DNA from: an uncultured Acidimicrobiales bacterium
GTDB lineage: Bacteria > Actinomycetota > Acidimicrobiia > Acidimicrobiales > UBA10347
Assembly: GCA_937941245.1 (NCBI GenBank)
Contig: CALDYC010000023.1
Span: 3,643 to 67,642, forward strand
Reading direction: 5' to 3'
Length of the DNA: 64,000 nt
Both the position numbers and the translations under genes were made by a program. Shown piece after piece: positions 58,714 to 64,000 of the stretch. Below the pieces are notes generated by a model. That model did not search any database. It was not told the origin of the DNA and worked only from the letters and a program-made list of their open reading frames with translations. Every line of letters starts with the position of its first letter. The stretch's first letter is position 1.

Positions 58714-60060
58714 ATGCACACCGACGCAGCCCGGACCGCCGAAACCACCGCTCTACTCCAGCAGATGATCCGTAATGAATGCGTCAACGATGGCACGCTC
58801 GAATCAGGTGAAGAGGTCCGCAACAGTGACCTGCTCGAGAACTTTCTCGAAGGCACAGGGCTCGACGTCGAGCACTACGAGCCGGCGCCAGGGCGTCGGT
58901 CGATGGTCGCCCGCATCGAAGGTTCTGACCCCACGGCCCCGTCGCTGTGCATCATGGGCCACACCGACGTCGTGCCGGTGAGTCGCGACGGCTGGTCCCG
59001 GGATCCCTTCAGTGGGGACCTCATCGACGGCGAAGTATGGGGCCGAGGAGCGATCGACATGCTCAGCCAAACCGCTTCGATGGCTGTTGCGTTCAAACAT
59101 CTGGCGACAAGCAGCTTCCGCCCGAAGGGCGACTTGATCTTCTTCGGGGTTGCAGACGAAGAAGCCGGCGGCGTATGGGGCGCCAAATGGATGCTCGAGA
59201 ACCACGCCGACGCCCTCGCCTGCGACTACGTCATTACCGAATGGGGCGGCGTCCCCATGCAGACTCCTCACGGCACCGCGTTGACCCTCAATGTCGGCGA
59301 GAAGGGGATCGCCTGGCAGCGACTAAAGATCAAGGGAACACCAACCCACGGCTCCATGCCCTACGGCACCGACAACGCCCTGGTCAAAGCTGCCGAGGTT
59401 GTCCGTCGACTCGCGGAGTACCGACCAACTCCGTCCATGCATGAACTCTGGACAGCCCAGGTGCACAACCTTCCGTTCGACGACGATGTCAAGGCATCGA
59501 TGCTCGACCCCGACCGGCTAGACGATGCTCTCGCAGCCATGCCCAACCAACTCAAAGCCCGTCACCTGCACGCCTGCTCGCACACCACCTTCAGCCCGAA
59601 CGTCGTACACGGCGGCACCAAGACAAATACCGTGCCAGATGAGGTAGTCATCGAGCTCGATATTCGCACGCTGCCCGGCGAAACGCCCGAGGATGTGCAG
59701 GCACACCTCAAGCTCGCACTCGGAGATGAGACCTACAACAAGATTGACATCGAGCCCATCCACCTCGACCCTGCCACCGAGTCGCCCACAAACAACGCAT
59801 TGTTTGAGGTTCTGACAGATGTCATGACCTCGGCGCATCCTGGTTCGCGAATCCAGCCCTCGCTCATCGTCGGCGGCACCGACGCCCGCTTCTTCAGAGA
59901 TGTCGGCGCAGTCGCCTACGGCGCCGGACTGTTCTCGCCAGAAATGTCATTTGAAACGTTCAGCGATCGCTTCCATGGCCACGACGAACGGATCGACGTC
60001 GAGTCGCTCGCACTCAACACCGAACTCTTCGTCCAAGTCCCAACCCGCTTGTTGCAGTAG
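58714..60060 (+). CDS. M20-family metallopeptidase / amidohydrolase (ArgE/DapE/CPG2-like)
   Basis: The metal-binding HTDVVP motif lies within LCIMGHTDVVPV, with DEE in ADEEAGG; the protein is 448 aa. Confidence 0.8.
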   Translation: MHTDAARTAETTALLQQMIRNECVNDGTLESGEEVRNSDLLENFLEGTGLDVEHYEPAPGRRSMVARIEGSDPTAPSLCIMGHTDVVPVSRDGWSRDPFSGDLIDGEVWGRGAIDMLSQTASMAVAFKHLATSSFRPKGDLIFFGVADEEAGGVWGAKWMLENHADALACDYVITEWGGVPMQTPHGTALTLNVGEKGIAWQRLKIKGTPTHGSMPYGTDNALVKAAEVVRRLAEYRPTPSMHELWTAQVHNLPFDDDVKASMLDPDRLDDALAAMPNQLKARHLHACSHTTFSPNVVHGGTKTNTVPDEVVIELDIRTLPGETPEDVQAHLKLALGDETYNKIDIEPIHLDPATESPTNNALFEVLTDVMTSAHPGSRIQPSLIVGGTDARFFRDVGAVAYGAGLFSPEMSFETFSDRFHGHDERIDVESLALNTELFVQVPTRLLQ

Positions 60061-60106
60061 ATAGCGCAGTAGGAACGCGTCGAAAGCGCTGTTCTACGGT
60101 CGCCAT

Positions 60107-60305
60107 ATGGACATTGTTGCCCTGACTCCAACTATCGGCGCCGACGTGCACGGCGTTGACCTCAACGAGCTCGATGACTCGTCGTTCCCGATTGTCCACA
60201 AGGCGCTGCTCGAACACCAGGTTCTGCCCACTACGCAGTGAACGACTATTTCCCGCAAACACGGATCATGGATCGCGTCACGATTGCCGGGACCACCCCG
60301 GTCTG
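60107..60305 (+). pseudogene. Remnant of a TauD/TfdA-family dioxygenase gene with a large internal deletion
   Basis: Frame 1 reads MDIVALTPTIGADVHGVDLNELDDSSFPIVHKALLEHQVLPTTQ*, a TauD N-terminus. The +2 frame directly after reads DYFPQTRIMDRVTIAGTTPV*, which matches the TauD C-terminus (...DYLPQRRIMHRATILGDKPF). Confidence 0.6.
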
Positions 60306-60417
60306 ACCCGCTCGCACGGCCATCACCGACGCCAATCCTGAGGGATGAGGTCGACCAGTACAATGGGCCAATGAAGGTCGACGAAGCTATGCGTGTAGTA
60401 GCCAAAGCCCGTCGCAC

Positions 60418-61044
60418 ATGATCTGGCTCTACGTTGCCAGCGCCGTGTTCGGGGGCTCATTTGCCATTCCGATGGTGCTCGGCGGCATGGACTTCGATGC
60501 CGATGTCGAATTCGACGGCGACTTCGATGCCGATATGGACGTCGCTGGCGATGTTGGAGGCGACCTTGTCGCTCATGGCCCCGACATGGGGGTGAGCTTC
60601 TTTGACGGTGTCGGCGACCTTGTTAGCGCCATGTTGTCATTTCGATCGCTCGTCTTTGCCACTTTGTTCTTTGGCGTTGCCGGAATGGTTTTGACCGCAA
60701 CCGGTTCGGCTGAGCTTTTCACGCTCGTTGCCGCAGCCGCATTGGGGATCTTCGCCGCGACGGTCAATGGCTCGGCAATGCGCTTCCTCATGGGCAGTCA
60801 ATCGTCCTCGCACATCACGACGAGCGACATGCACGGTTCACTTGCCCAAGTCGTTCTGCCAGTCGGCGATGACCGCAAGGGCCGAATCAGAGCTGAGATC
60901 GCCGGTCAAACCGAATATTTCACCGCACTACCTATGCGCTCCGGCGGCGACGAGTTCGTCACCGGCCAAGAAGTGGTCATCGTCGAGGTCGACAACGGCA
61001 CCGCACGAATCGCTTCTATCGCAGCTCGAGAACTTGGCGGCTAG
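60418..61044 (+). CDS. NfeD-family membrane protein (partner of the SPFH/flotillin protein)
   Basis: An N-terminal TM segment and acidic region are followed by a C-terminal OB-fold-like domain (GRIRAEIAGQTEYFTA ... VVIVEV). Confidence 0.65.
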   Translation: MIWLYVASAVFGGSFAIPMVLGGMDFDADVEFDGDFDADMDVAGDVGGDLVAHGPDMGVSFFDGVGDLVSAMLSFRSLVFATLFFGVAGMVLTATGSAELFTLVAAAALGIFAATVNGSAMRFLMGSQSSSHITTSDMHGSLAQVVLPVGDDRKGRIRAEIAGQTEYFTALPMRSGGDEFVTGQEVVIVEVDNGTARIASIAARELGG

Positions 61045-61100
61045 CCAGTGCCAGAACTCTTCCCATTCTCAGTCCCACATTCACCCTCAACGGAGGTCCC

Positions 61101-62432
61101 ATGTCCGCTCTCGTGATCATCGCCATTTTGCTCGTCGTCATTTTGATGACGGTCGCAATGGCCATCAAAAGTCTGGTCGTGATCTGCCCACCGAACCAGG
61201 TGGCCGTGGTATCTGGGCGCAGTCGCACACTCAGCGACGGACGCACCGTGGGCTACCGCGTCATCAAAGGCGGACGAACTATCCGTCTTCCGATCGTAGA
61301 GCGCATCGACTTCATGGACCTGAACACCATCCCGATCGATGTCTCAGTGAGCAACGCGTATTCAAAGGGCGCAATCCCTCTCGATGTCCAGGGCGTCGCC
61401 AACATCAAAGTATCGAGCCGCGAGGGAGTACTTGAGAATTCCGTCGAACGCTTTCTCGGCCAAGACTCGCACTACATCCAGCAGATTGCGAAAGAGAACC
61501 TCGAAGCCAACTTGCGTGGCGTGTTGTCCACGCTTACGCCCGAGGAGGTCAACGAAGATCGCCTGAAATTTGCGCAGACGCTGATTGACGAAGCCGATGA
61601 CGACATACGCACACTCGGTCTGGAGCTCGATGTGCTCAAGATCCAGAACGTCACCGATCAGGTCGGGTACCTCGAAGCGGTTGGCCGTCGACGCACCGCG
61701 CAAGTTCTGACCGAGGCTCGCGAGTCCGAAGCACAGCAAGAGGCCGACGCCGAAGAGGCCGAAGCCGAAGCCCGGCGGCGTTCCGAAATGGCCCGCATCA
61801 ACGCAGACCTCGAGATCGCCGAGAAGAACAACCTGTTGCGGGTGCGAAACGCCGAACTCGAGGCCACAGCGGTTGCGAGCGAGAAAGAGGCAATCGTCGC
61901 CGGTGAACTGGCGAAGGTGACGGCTGAACAGAATCTCGAAATTCAGCGCGTTCAGTTGCAAAAACGTCGGCTCGAAGCTGACGTCATCGCACCCGCCCAG
62001 GCAGCGCGCGACGCTGCGGTACTGCGGGCGAATGGTGAGGCAGCCGCCATCATCGCTGATGGCGAGGCTCAGGTTGCGGTCCTACAGAAGCTCACTGAAC
62101 AGTTCAAAGCGGCTGGGTCCGATGCGCAACAGATCTTTCTGCTCAACATGTTGCCTGACCTGGTCGCACAGATCACCGGCACGATCGAGGGCATCGACAT
62201 CGACCGGATCACGGTCATTGATCAGGGCGGCCACCCAGGCAACGGTGCCTTGCCTGGGCTCGTATCGCAAATGCCAGCAGCGGTCATTGCGATCACTGAG
62301 CAGATCGAGGCTGCCACTGGCGTGAACATCTTGTCGGCGCTCGACCGATCCGACACCAAGGCGGCCGACGCACACGCGTCACAGGCCAAAGCAATCGAAT
62401 CGACCGAGCCGTCAACGACGGGCCGCGACTAA
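61101..62432 (+). CDS. Flotillin-like SPFH/band-7 protein
   Basis: It has an N-terminal TM segment, an SPFH domain, and a long Ala/Glu-rich coiled coil (EAEEAEAEARRRSEMARINADLEIAEK). Confidence 0.85.
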   Translation: MSALVIIAILLVVILMTVAMAIKSLVVICPPNQVAVVSGRSRTLSDGRTVGYRVIKGGRTIRLPIVERIDFMDLNTIPIDVSVSNAYSKGAIPLDVQGVANIKVSSREGVLENSVERFLGQDSHYIQQIAKENLEANLRGVLSTLTPEEVNEDRLKFAQTLIDEADDDIRTLGLELDVLKIQNVTDQVGYLEAVGRRRTAQVLTEARESEAQQEADAEEAEAEARRRSEMARINADLEIAEKNNLLRVRNAELEATAVASEKEAIVAGELAKVTAEQNLEIQRVQLQKRRLEADVIAPAQAARDAAVLRANGEAAAIIADGEAQVAVLQKLTEQFKAAGSDAQQIFLLNMLPDLVAQITGTIEGIDIDRITVIDQGGHPGNGALPGLVSQMPAAVIAITEQIEAATGVNILSALDRSDTKAADAHASQAKAIESTEPSTTGRD

Positions 62433-62439
62433 CCGGGTG

Positions 62440-63105
62440 CTACGCAAAGATCTCTGGAGCTCCCAGCTTGGCGTGAATCTGATTCGCGATCTGTGGGTTC
62501 AGCTGTAGCCCCTGTGCCACTGCACCCAGATACTGCGCTTCGCGCTGGGTGTCGAGCTTCATGCCCATCAACGAGAAGGCATAGACCTGCTGTGCCATGT
62601 CCTGGGGAACTGAGCTAAGGAATGCGTCGAGATCAACAGGCGCTTGGAGCTCTTCGCGCAAGAACCGGCGTTCGTTCTCGTCAACTTCGCCAAGTCGACC
62701 AACAATATTCTGGACCTCAGACTCATCGATCTGACCATCGGCCTTGGCGGCATTGCACATCGCCTTGATCAACAACATTGCGTCGTTCGACTCTTTTTCG
62801 GGAACCGCCTGAGCAGGCTGCCCGCCGCCGGTCAGCGACCCGAGGAGTGAACCAAGACCGCCTCCACCGCCGCTTGCCGCGTTGGCTGCGCCACCACCCC
62901 CACCGCCTCCGAGCAGGCCGGCGAGTGCACCAAGACCGCCTGCGCCGCCACCCCCACCGCCGCCGAGCAGGCCGGCAAGAGCACCAAGACCACCCCCGCC
63001 TCCGCTGCTACGTCCACCGCCACCGCCACCGAGCAGACTTCCGAGTACGTTGCCGCCTGTGGCGTTATTGCCCATTAGGCTTCCGAGCAGTTTGATTGCG
63101 TCCAT
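62440..63105 (-). CDS. Glycine-rich protein with a C-terminal TerB-like (tellurite-resistance TerB / DUF533-like) domain
   Basis: The start at MDAIKLLG has a strong RBS GAGGAG. The N-terminal 110 aa consist of GGGGG(L/A) repeats. The C-terminal domain reads AMLLIKAMCNAAKADGQIDESE. Confidence 0.5.
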   Translation of the reverse strand: MDAIKLLGSLMGNNATGGNVLGSLLGGGGGGRSSGGGGGLGALAGLLGGGGGGGAGGLGALAGLLGGGGGGGAANAASGGGGGLGSLLGSLTGGGQPAQAVPEKESNDAMLLIKAMCNAAKADGQIDESEVQNIVGRLGEVDENERRFLREELQAPVDLDAFLSSVPQDMAQQVYAFSLMGMKLDTQREAQYLGAVAQGLQLNPQIANQIHAKLGAPEIFA

Positions 63106-63219
63106 GGGGTTCTCCTCTGTTGGGGTCCGGGGTGACCTTCGCAACCCGTAAACGCCGGGCAAGCGCCAGCTATTCCGACGGGTTGCCGACGAGGTCACAA
63201 CGTCAGGCACTATTGAGCG

Positions 63220-63897
63220 ATGGCCGCCGTCGATCCGCCCCAGTTCAATCCACATCTGCGCGAACAGCAACTGCGCACCGAAGCTGACGGATGGGACGTC
63301 GCTGACCCTGAGCAGGCAGTAGCCGAAGACCTGACCGTCATCGACGTTTCCGGGTGGAAGCCGACTCTCGGTCTTCGACCGGCACCCATTGCCAATGCAG
63401 TGCGAGATGCATGTGAACGCGTCGGGTTCTTCCAGATCACCGGGCACGGTCTCAGTTCACGGATTATCGAACAAGCGACTTCGATGAATCGGGCCTTTCA
63501 TGCGCTTCCGCTCGAGACCAAGATGTCAATTGCGATGGACCAGCCCGGCGCCATCGGCGGCGTGGGATATCTACCGATCGGGCACAACAAGCTCCCGAAA
63601 CGAGCGGTTGGCAACCGCAACGCCGCGTTCATCGTGAAGACCAGCGCCGACCTCATGGCCGACGACAACCTGTGGCCAACCGAGGCTGAACTACCGGGCT
63701 TTCGACGCGCGGTCACCGACTACCTGACAGCGATCTCCGACTTGGCGATGCAGGTCGTCACCTTGTACGAGGCAGCCCTAGGTCTTGACCCGGGTTTCTT
63801 AGACACCGCGTTTACCGGCCCGCTCGCACGGCTGCGATTCAGCCACTACCCGCCAGGCGAGTGGGATGCCCCCGTTAGTGGTGCCACGTGGGGTTAG
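63220..63897 (+). pseudogene. 2OG-Fe(II) oxygenase (DIOX_N / isopenicillin-N-synthase-like), truncated before the HxD...H iron site by the adjacent IS end
   Basis: It carries the N-terminal DIOX_N motifs (VIDVSGW ... RDACERVGFFQITGHG) and reaches ...RLRFSHYPPGEWDAP, then stops. The catalytic core is absent. Confidence 0.6.
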
Positions 63898-64000
63898 AGC
63901 CGTTGGTTGGTTGAGCAGGTGTGAGCGTACTCGTTGGGGGTTTGGTAGTCGAGCGATGAGTGCCGGTGACGCTGGTTGTAGCTGGTCTTCCAGTCGGTGA
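63898..64000 (-). mobile_element. 3' end of an IS3/IS481-type (DDE integrase-core) transposase gene; the element continues beyond the window
   Basis: The minus-strand translation of the last 100 bp is TDWKTSYNQRHRHSSLDYQTPNEYAHTCSTNQRL*, matching the transposase C-terminal consensus DW..YN..RPHSSLGY.TP.EY. Confidence 0.7.

Overview
This is a high-GC (about 67%) actinobacterial-type chromosomal segment, densely packed on both strands. The content is mostly metabolic and housekeeping rather than one obvious accessory island. I did not find a single clearly defined novel system; the leads I rate highest are the GT-C fusion protein, the SNF2/SWIM pair, and the soxR/mini-VOC arrangement.

Recognisable modules in window order:
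- A chromate locus: chrA truncated at the window start, divergent from a split chrB.
- A zinc metalloprotease carrying a pentapeptide repeat.
- Paralogous SDR plus enoyl-CoA hydratase pairs.
- MFS and DMT transporters, and two NUDIX hydrolases.
- A LacI-family regulator divergent from a ROK kinase - gap - pfk glycolytic cluster, with two perfect LacI-type palindromic operators between them.
- A nitroreductase-SDR pair, VOC proteins and family-III CoA-transferases, one of them a tandem-domain fusion.
- An orphan xanthine-dehydrogenase-family molybdopterin subunit.
- A YciI-like protein plus an extended ECF sigma factor.
- A P450 - RND permease - trans-sulfuration PLP enzyme gene string.
- A TauD-like dioxygenase, an amidohydrolase, and a soxR with an anomalous N-terminus overlapping a mini-VOC gene.
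- A group-II PLP decarboxylase divergent from a large fusion protein (soluble N-terminal domain plus a GT-C glycosyltransferase domain) with in-frame tandem repeats.
- cobT-cobS.
- An ideR/dtxR gene leading an iron ABC importer, with an iron-box-like palindrome before the substrate-binding gene.
- DUF2277 and tesB.
- A btuFCD-like ABC importer preceded by a probable cobalamin riboswitch.
- An SNF2-family helicase with a long unknown N-terminal region, followed by a SWIM zinc-finger protein.
- An acyl-CoA dehydrogenase and an M20 peptidase.
- An internally deleted TauD-like gene remnant.
- An NfeD-flotillin pair next to a glycine-rich TerB-like gene.
- A 2OG-Fe(II) oxygenase gene truncated by the end of an IS-type transposase at the window edge.

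No rRNA, tRNA or CRISPR arrays were recognised. Short degenerate tandem repeats (14-18 bp) recur in intergenic regions and at gene ends, and three genes carry in-frame repeats.

All functional calls are from motif and family recognition by eye; no searches were run. My hand-indexing disagreed with the ORF track by 1 nt at one locus (around 22-25 kb), so coordinates I derived by hand may be off by 1-2 nt.
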